Below, piece after piece: positions 45,386-58,578 of a stretch of DNA of 64,000 nt. Position numbers and translations under genes: made by a program. How positions within the stretch are numbered: the stretch's first letter is position 1; every line of letters begins with the position of its first letter. Source of the DNA: Mesotaenium endlicherianum (taxonomy: Eukaryota); contig WELA01001939.1 of assembly GCA_009602735.1 (NCBI GenBank), positions 959,742-1,023,741 on the forward strand, given 5' to 3'. The notes under the pieces were generated by a model. The model did no database searches and was not told the origin of the DNA. It saw only the letters and a program-made list of their open reading frames with translations.

Positions 45386-46195
45386 GAGACGTCGCTTTTT
45401 CTATCGGGGGGGTGATGTAGTGATTTGAGTTATTATATATTAGTTTGCATATATTTTAATGTTTTCAAATATATTTGGAGTAGTATTGTGTGGAGTCAAG
45501 TGTGAATAGGTACTCTAGTAACTTGGTTCATGTCCTTTGAACCTTCCAAGGCATTTTCGAAGTTAGAGGAAAGACCTAGAAGAACTCCATGTGGCAAAAG
45601 TCAGATGTGCCATTTTTAGGTCAAAAGGACATGTGTACATTATTCTAGAAAGAGGTGGCAAGTTTTGGGATGTGTTGGGTGCCAACACATCAACACACAC
45701 CTTCCTAGAAATTACTTATGTAGCAAGTATATAAACAAGAGTTAGAACATAGAAAGACATTCCAGAATCACTCTTGTACTTGCCAAAATCTAGAAATATA
45801 TTAACTTTCAAGAAGCCATCTCTCTTTCAAAAAGCTACCACTTGTGTTCAGAGATCCTTGTCTTGAATAGATAAAGTATTCTGTTTTACTAAGTACTTTA
45901 TCAATCTGTTTCACTACAAGGGCTCCTGCAATCATGCAATGCAGTAGGATAGGGGGGACTGTGTTTTCCAGACTTTTGCATTGTTCTCCTGACTCAGCAA
46001 AGAAATGTTGGACATCAGGTGGAACAAGAGCATCCAGAGTGTGCACTCTCTGGACGTCTATATTGCTGATGGTCTCCTTTATCTGGTTGTCAGACATGCA
46101 TTGTGAATCCAGTTCAGCAGGACCCATAATACCTGCTACGAGGGCAGCTAGTGACGACTCATTATCTCTAGCATCCTCACAGTCAGTAGACTGGA

Positions 46196-47674
46196 TTACT
46201 GACTGTTGCTGTCTTTTAAAGGCTGGCCTTTTCTCTCGACCTTTGGGAGGTGCTTGACTGGACACTGCTCTCTGAAGTGACCTGGCTGCTGGCAATGGAA
46301 GCAAATTGATTTTGCTGAGGCTGGTCTCGGCTTAGTCCTACCACCACCTCTTCCATAGCCGCCTCGAGGGAAACCACTTCTACCTCTAGACTGTATGGCA
46401 TTATACTCATACTCATATTCATCACCCTGATCATCCTCAGCCTGGTCTCCTTCAAATGCATTGTAGGAACCATGGGGCTTTTTGACAATCTTAGACACCA
46501 AAGCATTACTCTGGCGCTTGTGATTGAACTGCTGCTGATCCCAGGCATCAGCATCTTGAATCAAGTCAGCCAGTTTCTCATACTTCTTCTCAGTGAAATG
46601 ACGAGAGACTTCGGATTTCGAGCCATACCTGAAGTATGCTATCCTATACCGTTCTGGCAAGTCTGGCTGCTTCATCATGTTCTCCTGGAACTTTTGAGCA
46701 AACTCAGCAACTGAAGTGGTCTGCTTCAGTGTCAGGGAGATCATCGCATAGATAGCTTTCTCCTGCTGATTGATGACATCAAACTTCTCATGCAACTTCT
46801 CGACAAACTCTACCCACGTAGGGTCACCGAGTTGCCGAGCCTTACGCTCTTCCTTCCAGTAAAGCCACCAGTCTGCGGCACTGCCTTTCAGTAGCGCACC
46901 GGTGTGCCTGACCTTCTCGTAATCTTGCAGTTCTGGGTAGTTCTCCAGCCACTGCTCAACATCCGCGAGAAACTTGATCAGGTAATATTTTTTGTTTCCC
47001 TCAAGATCATATTCCTGGGGAGGTTTCGGCTTGGGCTTACTAGGCCCTCGGCCACAACCACTAGTGGTTTGAGACCCCAGTTGGTCTCTGTCCCGCAGGA
47101 GAGACATTATGATTCTTTTGTCCTCCTGTTGGGACTGATACATGGTCGCAATTTGCGATTGCATTTGAACGAACAATGCTCCCAAGTCTACACTCTGGGG
47201 TGGTAGTCTAGCAAATGCAGCAGCAGCATTGGCATCTACTCGCTGAGTAGTGTCCTCAACAGTCCTTCTCGCTCCTGTAGCAGCAATTCCTGCCGCATTC
47301 AGCCGGTCACATATTTGACCTAGGGGTAAATTGAGTTGTACAGCAGGAGGTGGGTTCAGAACATTGGCCCTGGATGCCATAAGTTCTTCAACAGTGCGCT
47401 CGTCAGCTGGCTGTCTTTCCCTCCTTTCTGTATCTTCTGCGGCCTTTGCTAACTGTTCAGCTTCTAATCTGGCTCTCTCCTCCTCAGCTTGCTGTGCTGC
47501 GACTGCAGCAATAGCAGCTGCCTCATCTGCAGCTTCTCTAGCTGCAGTATTCGCCACTGCTTCAGAATAGGTACGGGTTCCCGCTACATGGCTTTCCGCC
47601 TGGTTTTTGACATTCTCGTTATCCTGGTTCTCCATGTCTCGGGAGTTGCTAGTTTGAGACCTTGTGCTTACCAT
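46196..47674 (-). CDS. A1 gag (open, 492 aa)
   Basis: MVSTRSQ... to CFHCQQPGHFREQC...SNSQ. Confidence 0.9.
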   Translation of the reverse strand: MVSTRSQTSNSRDMENQDNENVKNQAESHVAGTRTYSEAVANTAAREAADEAAAIAAVAAQQAEEERARLEAEQLAKAAEDTERRERQPADERTVEELMASRANVLNPPPAVQLNLPLGQICDRLNAAGIAATGARRTVEDTTQRVDANAAAAFARLPPQSVDLGALFVQMQSQIATMYQSQQEDKRIIMSLLRDRDQLGSQTTSGCGRGPSKPKPKPPQEYDLEGNKKYYLIKFLADVEQWLENYPELQDYEKVRHTGALLKGSAADWWLYWKEERKARQLGDPTWVEFVEKLHEKFDVINQQEKAIYAMISLTLKQTTSVAEFAQKFQENMMKQPDLPERYRIAYFRYGSKSEVSRHFTEKKYEKLADLIQDADAWDQQQFNHKRQSNALVSKIVKKPHGSYNAFEGDQAEDDQGDEYEYEYNAIQSRGRSGFPRGGYGRGGGRTKPRPASAKSICFHCQQPGHFREQCPVKHLPKVERKGQPLKDSNSQ

Positions 47675-48759
47675 ACAAAGAAGACTGTGATAACCGCTTC
47701 GATACCACTGAAATGAATCGACTTACCAAATAGGCGAGTAACAATTAATAAGGATCTTCATATCAGCAAGTAATCTTTGTGGTATTTTTCGCTTACTGCT
47801 TAAACGGCAAAGGACAACACACTAGCGGGGAATAATACACGTAAGTCAAATGCGAGTAAACTAGCATCAATAATGCAATCAGTATACTCATACATAAGCA
47901 AGGTTAGAAGACGGTGCGTATCAATGGCTTCTCGCCTTGGATTCAGATCTCTCTCAGTAAGCTGTACAAGAGAGTTGGCCTCGTTTCCAAATGCCGAACT
48001 CGAAAGCAATGCCTAGCATATGTTCATGGAATGAGTTTACTGTTCAACGGCTAGTGCGACGGCACCGCCTACCCGGGAGTTAACCACATTGTTAGGACCT
48101 CAGTTAACCAAATCCACCGCCATCTCCCATCATCCCGAATCGCCATCCATCATAGGGATGTCATCTGGCCATCCATCTAGCATACCACACTTAGATGCAT
48201 ATCGAGGCAGTTTGCTGCTACCGAGTACGGAAGTCAGCTGGCTGTCAAAGAATGAGTCAGCAAGCTGACTTAAGCTGACTTCAACCTGCTACTTCCGGCC
48301 GAGTCATTAAACTGATATTAAATATAAAGTCCAGCAGACTGATCATAAACTAGAGTTCAGCTGGCTGAACTTATTTAACTATATTATTTGAATGAATATC
48401 ATATCAACCAATATACTGATTCATTACAGCTCCCTCCCTCCTTATTCACTGTATCTTCTGCTACTCTCACGCAGGCCCAGGACGAGATTACGCACGAGCT
48501 CCTACGCCGGCGTCCACGGTCCGCCATCCCACCTGGGCCAGCTTCCCTCGTGACCCCAGCGGCTCCCACCAGTTGTCCACATGGGGCCCCCTGGACGTCT
48601 GCCTCGCGAGATCGTCTCCGTCAGCAGCCTCGACGTCGACGCCAGGTGGGTTGTCTCCTTTTGCCCCCTCTTTCACTCCTTCTCCATTGCAGGGCCTGTC
48701 CCCTCTCAGGTCAGTTCCCTCTTCCTCCTTCCTCACCCCTCTCGAACGGCAACGTGCAT

Positions 48760-49120
48760 TGCCTCGTAATGTCATGCTCGACAACCAACATGCTTGTCTC
48801 CTTCTGGCCGGTCTAGCCCCTCATGTGGTCATTCTTGACACGGGTGCTCAGCCAGTCCTTTTGGGTGCAGTCATGTGTCGACACCTTAACATCACCGCAA
48901 CCAATCTCGAGCCTTGTCCAAACCCCGTCTCTACCGCCATGTCTTCTTTAAATTAAAATGCATATCAAACCCGTCGCCGCATCCCTATCACCCTCAATGC
49001 CCACACTCCCGCCGCTGTCACCCTTTACGCCCAATGCATGGTCACCAAATCCACCGCTTATGATATCCTTCTCGGTCAGGAATTGAACTTCCTCATTCGG
49101 CTCACTATTGACTTGTGGCA
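48760..49120 (+). pseudogene. Aspartic protease of element X
   Basis: VVILDTGAQPVLLG catalytic motif and downstream YDILLG in the same frame, with one stop at 48954. Confidence 0.8.
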
Positions 49121-49523
49121 AGGGATTGCTACGTATCGGGTTGACTTCGAGTCTCTGGGCCACCATCTGGGTTACCTTCCCCTCCTTCTTACACATACCC
49201 CTTCTACTCTCGTGTGCTCTGTGGCCACGGCTTTCACAGTCACTGTCCATGATCTTAGTCCTAGTGATCTCACCGATCCTACATACCTCCTTCTCCATGA
49301 CGTTGCACCTGACGCCCTTCCTGTTTGTTTAGCTCAAACTACCCTTCTTTCACCGCTGCCCTCCTACCCTATCCCTCCTGCTACCCTTCAGCAGATCCAC
49401 ACAGCCTTGCACTACCCCTCTCCTCCCATGGTTTCTCCCCCAGCCCCTCCCCCTTCACCTCTTACATCCCCTCCCCCGGTCGTTAACACCCCGCCCATCC
49501 GTTGGCTGCCTCCCCCCGCAGGG

Positions 49524-50381
49524 ATTACCGTGCTGGACTTGTTTGCCGGGGTGTCTTCTACTGTTGCGGGTCTTCTGCAGAGTGGCCACCGTATTGCCCA
49601 CTACTACTACTGTGATGTGGACCTCGTGGCCCAGCTGGCGAGTCAAACACACCTGGGTGCTTTACACCTCGCCTTCCCCACTTTACTCCCTACGACTTCC
49701 TATCACACCGTCTATTCCGCATTGCCTCAGGATATTCGTCTCCTCCACAGAGATCACTTGCTCGCTATCGGACCAGTTCATCTTTGCGTCGGCGGTTGGG
49801 AGTGTCAGGGGCATTCTAGGGCTGGGCATGGGGGAGGGCTGGCTGACCCGCGTTCCCAATCATTTTTCGAGATGATATGCGTCTTAGGCCTCCTCCAGAC
49901 TTCTCAGTCCTCGCCACCTGCATACTTACTCGAAAACGTGAACTCCGCGGATGATGATCGTGCTCACATCCGGGCTGACTTCTTCACCATCACATCCATT
50001 CTGGGGCCCGACGTTACTCTCGACGCCGCAGCCGTGGGGTCTTACGCTCATCGTTCGCGTGCTTACTGGCAAAACCTTGTCCCTTCCACTACCCTTTAGC
50101 CTATCTTTCACAACATACACTCGCATCCCACTCGCATCACCGTCACCTCCATCTTGGCCCCGCACCGTTGCCCCATGGAAGTCAGTCGCGCTGACCACGC
50201 TTCTTTCAGTCAAGTCAACTTCCCGGATGACCCTCGGGCCGCATTCCCCACTCTGGTCAGCCGTCCCCACTCTTTTGCATTCGTAACTATGGGCCTGGCA
50301 TGTTATTTGAATCTCCCACTCACCAGTATGTGGAGCCCTTCGCGTCCAAACGTAAGCTCATTCTGAGTTTTATTCCCCACG
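49524..50381 (+). pseudogene. DNMT3-like C5-cytosine methyltransferase domain of element X, motifs I-IX
   Basis: I TVLDLFAG; II YYYCD; III QDIR; IV GGWECQGHS; VI YLLENV; VIII AHRSRAYWQNL; after a stop (50097) and a frameshift, IX-like EPFASKRKLILSFIPH. Confidence 0.9.
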
Positions 50382-51215
50382 TGAAATGAATCGACTTACC
50401 AAATAGGCGATTAACAATTAATAAAGATCTTTATATCAGCAAGTAATCTTTATGGTATTTTCCGTTAACTGGTTTAACGGCAAAGGACAACACACTAGCA
50501 GTGAATAATACTCATCAGTCAAATGCGAGTAAACTAGCATCAATAATGCAAATCAGTAAACTCATACATAAGCAAGGTTAGAAGACAGTGCGTATCAATG
50601 GCTTCTCGCCTTGGATTTGGATCTCTCTCAGTAAGTTGTACAAGAGAGTTGGCCTCGTTTCCGAATGCCGAACTCGAGAGCAATGCCTAGCATATGTACA
50701 TGGAATGAGTTTTACTGTTCAACGATCAGTGCGATGGCACCGCCTACCCGGGAGTTAACCACGTTGGTAGGACCTCGGTTAACCAAATCCACCGCCATCT
50801 CCCATCATCCCGAATTGCCATCCATCATAGGGATGTCATCTGGCCATTCATCTAGCCTACCACACTTAAATGCATATGAGGCAGTTCGCTGCTACCGAGT
50901 ACGGAAGTCAGCTAACTGTCAAAGAATGTGTCAGCAAGCTGACTTAAGTTGACTTCAGCCTGCTGCATCCGGCTGAGTCATTAAACTGTTATTAAATATA
51001 AAGTCCAACAAATTGATTATTTAATTAAAGTTCAACAGGCTGAACATAATTTACTATTACATCTAAATGAATATTATATCTACTAATATACTGATTCATT
51101 ACAATCCCTCTAACTTAACTTGTTGTCGCCTCGACAACATTAAGCTTCAAGAGTTGTTATTCAGCAAACTGGACCTGACCCGCCTTTCCCAGTGACTGCT
51201 CCTTCAGCCTTTTGC

Positions 51216-52892
51216 CTAGGGGGTTGTTGCTGGGGCTTCAGGATCAGGAGACGGAGATCTGGACCTGGATCTGGACAGCCCTCTAGGTCTGTCAGCTGGC
51301 CTTCTAAAGAACCCCGTTTGCTCTAAAGTTGGACCGCGAGGAGAACGAAGGATGGTAGCCTGCTCTTCACCCACTTGGGTGTTGATCCCCACATAGACAG
51401 GCATTCCAGTAGGATGCTGAAACACATTGGCAAGAGGTACATGCCCCTGAGCGAAGGGAGAGGCCGGCATACCTCTGGCCACCCCGCGGGTCCCTCTTCT
51501 GGCACCCCTGTCCTCTGGGGATTTCTGCCTGTGTCTGCTGCCAAGTACAGTCAAATCAGCTTCTTCCCCTGCTTGGGCAGGAGGGCTGGGGGAGCGAGTG
51601 CGGGGTCCAGTTGCCTCCATGACAGGGATCACGTTCCAAATACCTGATCGTGGTTCTTTAGGAAGTGCCCCTGCCTGCCCCTGGGTCTCCTGAGTACCAG
51701 CTGCTGATGCTTCTCCTCTGCCCTGTTCTTCTTCCTCATCCTCCTCATCCTCCTCCTCGGAGAGAGTAGGAGTCTCGTCCACTAAATCGTCCTGCTCCCT
51801 AGTGGACATGGAGTAGTCTACCGACCTCCCTTTCTTAGGGCGCGCTGGAGGTTGCTTGGCCTTCAGCCTGCTGATATCTATCCGGCCTGCATTCTTTGCC
51901 CATTTGACAAAGGCATGCTTTCCCTTAGAGAAGTAGTCTCTTCCCCTCCTCCTATGCTCCTTGGTCTCGGCATTCATATTGCTCAGGCATCCATTCAGCC
52001 TGGGGTCCCAAGGGGCAATGTGAGGTGGTAGGATGAGATAGCCGTCTAGGCCATAGTGGAAGTCATCCGGTTGGGCTCGGTCACACTCCTGCTTCTTATT
52101 TGTGACGGTCATCCACCTCCAGTCTGTTGGCTGCTGGTAGTACTGGGGTCCGTGCTCAACCTTCCTCAGTTTACACGGGAACCAATGGGGAGAGAACATC
52201 TGCTGTCCTGCTTCCCTGGCCAAGTACTCCCAGCTCCTTCTCTCAACTTCATTGTAAGCTGGCAAGAGTGTGAGGTAGAATACCGTATCCTTAAAGCTAT
52301 CGGACCGCATGCTCACCATCCGGATGAGTCTCTGATCTCCCACTATTCCCGGTATGGGGACCGGCTTGTCCTCTAAATCATCTGCAAGGTAGCGGGCCTG
52401 CTCTGCTGTATAGCCCACCATCTTGGCATAATCTTCGTAGAGGACCACACCAGTGTGTGTCTCGATGTACCTCTCCAGTGCTGCAGCTCCTTCCCCTTGT
52501 AGCAGTGTTGTCTGTTCCAGCTTGTTGATTTCCTGGGCTGCCAGCAATGCTTCCTTCAAGTTATCAGAGTTTTGGCCACCCACCACAGTATATCTGTAAG
52601 TGGCCAAGCTCTTCTGTCTGTCCGCTTCAATCTTTTTCCATCTCTCCTCCTCTGCCGCTGCTGCTTCCTCTTATTGTTTCTTCTGTCTCTCCTCCTCAGC
52701 TTTTCTGAGGTTTTCTGCTTCCTCATCCTTCTTCCTCTGTGCCTCTTCTGCCGCCTCTTGTTGTCTGCGGACCCTTTCTTGTTCTCTCCTGGTGAGGGAC
52801 GTCGCCGCTAGCTCCTTCTGGTATTGCTCCATTGTCCTCCTGGCTTCTTCTGCCTTGCGCTTTCTGTCCTCCTTTTGTGTGGTGGGAGCCAT
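51216..52892 (-). pseudogene. A3 ORF3, divergent variant, about 558 aa with one premature stop (52671)
   Basis: ORFs 52671-52913 and 51216-52607 are in the same frame; MAPTTQKEDRKRKAEEARR start. Confidence 0.8.
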
Positions 52893-53284
52893 TCTGCACA
52901 TGTGACCAGGCACAAGTTAGTAGGATATTGACCTTTGTCATAGGAGTTGCAGGAGAGAGTAAGTTCATATTACTATGGTATATTCGTTCCTGTTTACCTT
53001 ACAGGGTGATTGCTAGGAGTTAACGTAGTTGCGGTGCGCCAGACATAAACGTATGAATGTGTTTTCAGGTGGGTCAAGTGATGTATTGCTGTGCGAGGCC
53101 CTTATTCGTTCAGCCAAAGGTGCTTTATGTGGGCCAGGCTGTCCCCTATGTCACTATGCTGACACTTAGGATTCACATAACCGTCCCTTTCGCACTCTCG
53201 CACACTAACTGTCATATATTTTCCCCTCCAACTTAAATGGAGACAGGACCTCCTGTCACCTTCCCGTGTCAACTGAAATGACTG

Positions 53285-56200
53285 TTAGGGAGGTGCTCCA
53301 GCCGCCCGAAGGTGGAACCGTTTCAACGCCCCTTTGGCATTAGTCAAATGGTCCTTAAATTCCCAAGTGTCCCTAGAGGCATCGTAACCTTTCCATCGAA
53401 TGAGATACTTCATGACATATTTAGACGATCGACGGACCGAGCGGGCGTCTAAAATTTCATCGACCTCATATTCTTCAGGATCGCCGTCCCGGACAGCGGG
53501 GACCGGTCCCGGTTGGACAGGTAACCGACCTGTGAACAGTGTATCACCTTTGATGTATGGTTCCAGGAAGGAGACATTAAAGACAGGGTGACCCATATAT
53601 TCGGCTGACATATTCAGTTTGTAAGCATTCTCACCGACACGACGTACCACCGAATATGGACCAACCCAGACAGGACCAAGCTTTTTCTTGACCACGCCCG
53701 GGAGGTACAGGTGCTGAGAATGCAGTTTGACTAAATCGCCCTTGGAAAATGTCAGCGCCCGGCGGTGTTGATTAGCGTATTTTTGTTGGTTTTCTTGGGC
53801 TTTGTGCAGGTTTTGTTGGACATTTGACAGGGTGTCAGCAAACTCCTGAGTTAACTGGAGGGAGACCGGGTTGTCAATCCCTTCAGGGTCAGTTAAAGAC
53901 TCCCCCAGTACATCTAAAGGAGACTTAGGAACTCTACCCAGGCTGAGTTCAAAAGGAGTCTTGCCCGTTGACGCGTGCACCGCACTGTTGACCGCAAACT
54001 GAATTTGAGGCAACAGGTCATCCCAATTATCTTGTTTTTGGTTAATATATGCTCTCAGCACCTCCTGCAGAACTCGGTTAGATCTTTCAGTCTGCCCATC
54101 AATTTGAGGGTGGTTGGCTGTGCTGAGAAGCTGTTTGACTCCCATTAACCCCATTAAAGCTCTCCAGAACTTAGAGGTGAATTTTGAGTCTCTGTCTGAG
54201 ATGATATTAGAAGGGAGCCCATGTTGGCATACTACATGGTTGTAGAACTGCCTCGCTGTTTCGAGTGCAGTTACTTTGACAGTTGTGGGGATAAAAATGA
54301 CCATTTTTGTCAATTTATCAACGACTACCAGTATTGAATCAGCCCATTGGCAGTTCTTGGTAGTGAGATCATCCAGTCCATGGATATCGTTTCCCAGCGT
54401 CCAGCTGGGATGGGCAGTGGTTGCAAGAGACCTCTTGGTGGTGTGTGCCGAGACTTATTTCTGTGACACTGATCGCAGGACTGACATATTTCAAGACCTC
54501 CCGGGGTAACCCCGCCCAATGATAATGTGTTGCCAGTTTGCCAACAGTTTTGGACTGCCCCAAATGTCCACCCAGGAGACTGTCACGCGCTTGACTCAGT
54601 AAGAGAGACCTTATTTCCAAGTTATTAGGAATGACCAGCGTCAGCCTGCCTGAAGTTGTTTCAGTCACCCAGACGCCTCTCTTAAGCTTATACCCGAGTG
54701 CAGTAGCACGACACTCACCAATAGTGGGGTTGGGCTCAAATGTTGGGTCAGAAAGGTAGGCTTTCCTAAGTTGTTCTAGGAAGGACTTTTTCACCTTTAG
54801 TGAAGTGAGTGCACACAGGACTTTATCTACAGCATGCTGACTAAAGTTCCTTTCTTGCAAGTCAGGTCTTCTAGAGAGTGCATCGGCAGGATTCAACTTC
54901 CCTGGTTTGTAGTCGATCTGGACTTGGAACTGCTCCAGCATCTGGCTCCAGCGGTTCTCCCTCCTCGACAGCTTGGACTTCTTCTGAAAGTGGGTCAGAG
55001 CTAGATGATCTGTAATCACCTTAAAAGCTTTACCATGTAAGTATGCTCTCCACTGTTTGAGTACATGAATGATAGCTAGCAGCTCTTTATCATGCACTGA
55101 GTAATTAATCTCCGCTGGATTAAATTTCATAGACTCATACAACACAGGATGCCACTCCTGCCGTACCTTACCATCCTTTGTGGTTTTGTCAGCAGGCTGC
55201 AACAAAATAGCACCCATGGCAAAATCAGAGGCATCAGTAACCACCTGCACCGGTTTGCTGGGGTCATACACGGCTAGCACTGGGGCAGAACAAAGGGCAT
55301 CTTTAAGGGTCTGGAAGGCAGCCTGCTGCTCTTCCCCCCACACATACCCGATGTCTTTCTTAGTAAGGTCAGTCAGTTTACTGGCCTTTGTGGAATAATT
55401 CTCAATAAATCTCCTATAGTAGTTAGCCAACCCGAGGAAGGATCTAACTTCAGAGACAGACTGTGGTACTGGCCAGTCCCTTATGGTCTGGACTTTCTTA
55501 GGATCCACACTGATGCCCTCTTTACTGACAACGTGGCCTAAGAATTCAATACTTTCCTTAAAGAAATCACACTTGCTCATTTTAGCATACAAGTGATTTT
55601 TCCGCAGAGTGTCCAGCACTTTCTTTAAGTGTTCAGTGTGCTGAGCTTCATCTTTAGAGAAAATTAAAATATCATCCAGGAAAACTTGCACAAACTTATC
55701 CAAATAAGGTCTGAAAATGTCATTCATAGCACCCATAAAGGTAGCAGGAGCATTAGTCAGTCCAAATGGCATCACGTTGAACTCATAGTGTCCATAACGT
55801 GTGCGGAAAGCAGTCTTGTGTTCATCCCCCTCAGCAATTCTGATTTGATGATAACCACTCTTGAGATCTATCTTACTGAACACCTTAGCGCCAGACAGGG
55901 TATCAAGCAAGTCCTCGATTCTGGGTAAAGCATACTTGTTCTTTACTGTAATTCTGTTCAGGGCTCTGTAATCCACACACATCCGCATACTGCCATCCTT
56001 TTTCTTAACAAATAGGATAGGTGCGCCGTACGGTGATTTACTGGGAGAAATGTAACCATTTTCCTCCAGCTCTGCAATCTGTGTTTTCAACTCCTCGCTC
56101 TCCAAATAAGACAAGCCATAAGTGCGTTGCCAGGGTGGCTGGCTACCAGGTAATAGATCAATCCTATGATCTACTTCCCTTTTAGGGGGTAGTCCTGGAG

Positions 56201-57095
56201 GCATGTTAAACACATCAGTGTACTGAGCAACAATTTTTGCAGCAGTAGGGTGCTCCGGAGGGCTTACCTTTTTCTCAACCACTTCTTCAGGTTGAGGAGG
56301 TACCTCTCTTAGCAGCAGACAGAACATTCTGTCTTCCTTCTGGTTCCAGCTTTTGACGAACTCCATTGCATTCAGCAACTTGCATCCTTCTGGAAGCCTC
56401 TTCTTTTCCTTCATTTGCCATCCACACAGGACAAGAGGAAGAGCACTGGTGGGTGCCAAGTCAGTCTGCCCATCACTGGCTCCTCTCACTTTAACTGTAC
56501 CTCTGCTCCAACACACTTCAGCTTGATGTCTATTAAGCCAGGACCTGCCTAGCACGAGATCATAAAAGCCAGTGTTGAGTACCTCAAATGTAAGCGTTTC
56601 AGTTAGAACTGCAATGCCAGAACCTAACTGGACCTCAATAGGCTTGGTTATAACTCCTCCCGGGATACTTGAGGCATCTCCAAGGAATATTTTTCTATTC
56701 CCTTGGGTGACAGTAGGCAGCCTTAGCCGCTTAACTAAGTCCTTGTGAATAAAAGTATGTGACGCCCCTCCGTCAACAAATGCCCTCACCTTCCTACCTG
56801 CAATCATGCAATGCAGTAGGATAGGGGGGACTGTCTTTTCCTGACTTTCGCATTGTTCTCCTGACGTAGCAAAGAAATGTTGGACATCAGGTGGAACAAG
56901 AGCATCCAGAGTGTGCACTCTCTGGACGTCTATATTACTGATGGTCTCCTTTATCTGTTTGTCAGGCATGCATAGTGAATCCAGTTCAGCAGGACCCATA
57001 ATACCTGCTACGAGGGCAGCTAGTGACGACTCACTATCTCTAGCATCCTCACAGTCAGTAGACTGGATTACTGACTGTTGCTGTCTTTTAAAGGC
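53285..57095 (-). pseudogene. A3 pol (PR-RT-RH-INT-chromodomain), frameshifted in integrase
   Basis: ORFs 54369-56999 and 53285-54313. Confidence 0.92.
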
Positions 57096-58578
57096 TGGTC
57101 TTTTCTCTCGACCTTAGGCAGGTGCTTGACCGGACACTGTTCTCTGTAGTGGCCTTTCTGCTGACAATGGTAGCAAGTAGATTTTGCTGAGGCTGGTCTC
57201 GGCTTAGTCCTACCACCACCCCTTCCATAGCCACCTCGAGAGGGACCACCTCTACCTCTAGACTGAATAGCATTGTACTCATACTCATATTCATCACCCT
57301 GATTATCCTCAGCCTGGTCTCCTTCAATTGCATTGTAGGAACCGTGGGGCTTTTTGACAATCTTAGACACCAAAGCGTTACTCTGGCGCTTGTGATTGAA
57401 CTGCTGCTGATCCCAAGCGTCAGCATCCTGGATCAAGTCAGCCAGTTTCTCATACTTTTCTCAGCGAAATGACCAGAGACTTCGGATTTCAAGCCATACT
57501 TGAAGTATGCTATCCTATACCGTTCTGGCAAGTCTGGCTGCTTCAACATGTTCTCCTGGAACTTTTCAGCAAACTCAGCAACTGAAGTGGTCTGCTTCAG
57601 TGTCAGGGAGATCATCGCATAGATAGCTTTCTCCTGCTGGTTGATGACATCAAACTTCTCATGCAACTTCTCGACAAACTCTACCCACGTAGGGTCACCG
57701 AGTTGCCGAGCCTTACGCTCTCTTTTCCAGTAAAGCCACCAGTCTGCGGCACTGCCTTTCAGTAGCGCACCGGTGTGCCTGACCTTCTCGTAATCTTGCA
57801 GTTCTGGATAGTTCTCCAGCAACTGCTCAACATCAGCGAGAAACTTGATCAGGTAGTATGTTCTGTTACCCTCAGGATCATATTCCTGGGGAGGTTTCGG
57901 CTTGGGCTTACTAGGCCCCCGGCCACCACCACTAGTGGTTTGAGACCCCAATTGGTCTCTGTCCCGCAGGAGAGACATTATGATTCTTTTGTCCTCCTGT
58001 TGGGACTGATACATGGTCGCCATTTGCGACTGCATTTGAACGAATAATGCTCCCAAGTCTACACAATGGGGTGGTAGTCTAGCAAATGCAGCAGCAGCAT
58101 TGGCATCTACTCGTTGAGTAGTGTCCTCAACAGTCCCTCTCGCTCCTGCAGCAGCAATTCCTGCCGCATTCAGCCGGTCACGTATTTGACCTAGGGGTAC
58201 ATTGAGTTGTACAGCAGGAGGTGGGTTCGGAACATTGGCCCTTGATGCCATAAGTTCCTCGACAGTGCGCCAGTCAGCTGGCTGTCTTTCCCTCCTTTCT
58301 GTATCTTTAGCGGCCTTTGCTAATTTTTCAGCTTCTAGCCTGGCTCTCTCCTCCTCAGCTTGCTGTGCTGTGACTGCGGCAATAGCAGCTGCCTCATCTG
58401 CAGCCTCTCTAGCTGCAGTATCTGCCACTGCTTCAGAATAGGTACGGGTTCCCGCTACATGGCTTTCCGCCTGGTTTTGGACATTCTCGTTATCCTGGTT
58501 CTCCATGTCTCGTGAGTTGCTAGTTTGAGACCTCGTCCTTACCATANAGTTGCTAGTTTGAGACCTCGTCCTTACCAT
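57068..58578 (-). pseudogene. A3 gag with a frameshift near 57455
   Basis: ORFs 57433-58578 and 57068-57436. Confidence 0.9.

Larger units (their letters stand above)
39239..45918 (+). mobile_element. Full-length chromovirus family B (LTRs 39239-39741 and 45416-45918)
   Basis: 503-bp TG...CA LTRs differing at about 7 positions; TSD AGGGC at 39234-39238 and 45919-45923; PBS TGGTATCGGAGC; PPT GGGGGGGTGA. Confidence 0.96.
24906..48428 (-). mobile_element. Chromovirus family A copy A1 (LTRs 47709-48428 and 24906-25625), hosting A2 and B
   Basis: Two 720-bp LTRs; TSD GCTCC at 24901-24905 and 48429-48433; PBS next to 47708; PPT at 25626-25640. Confidence 0.92.
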
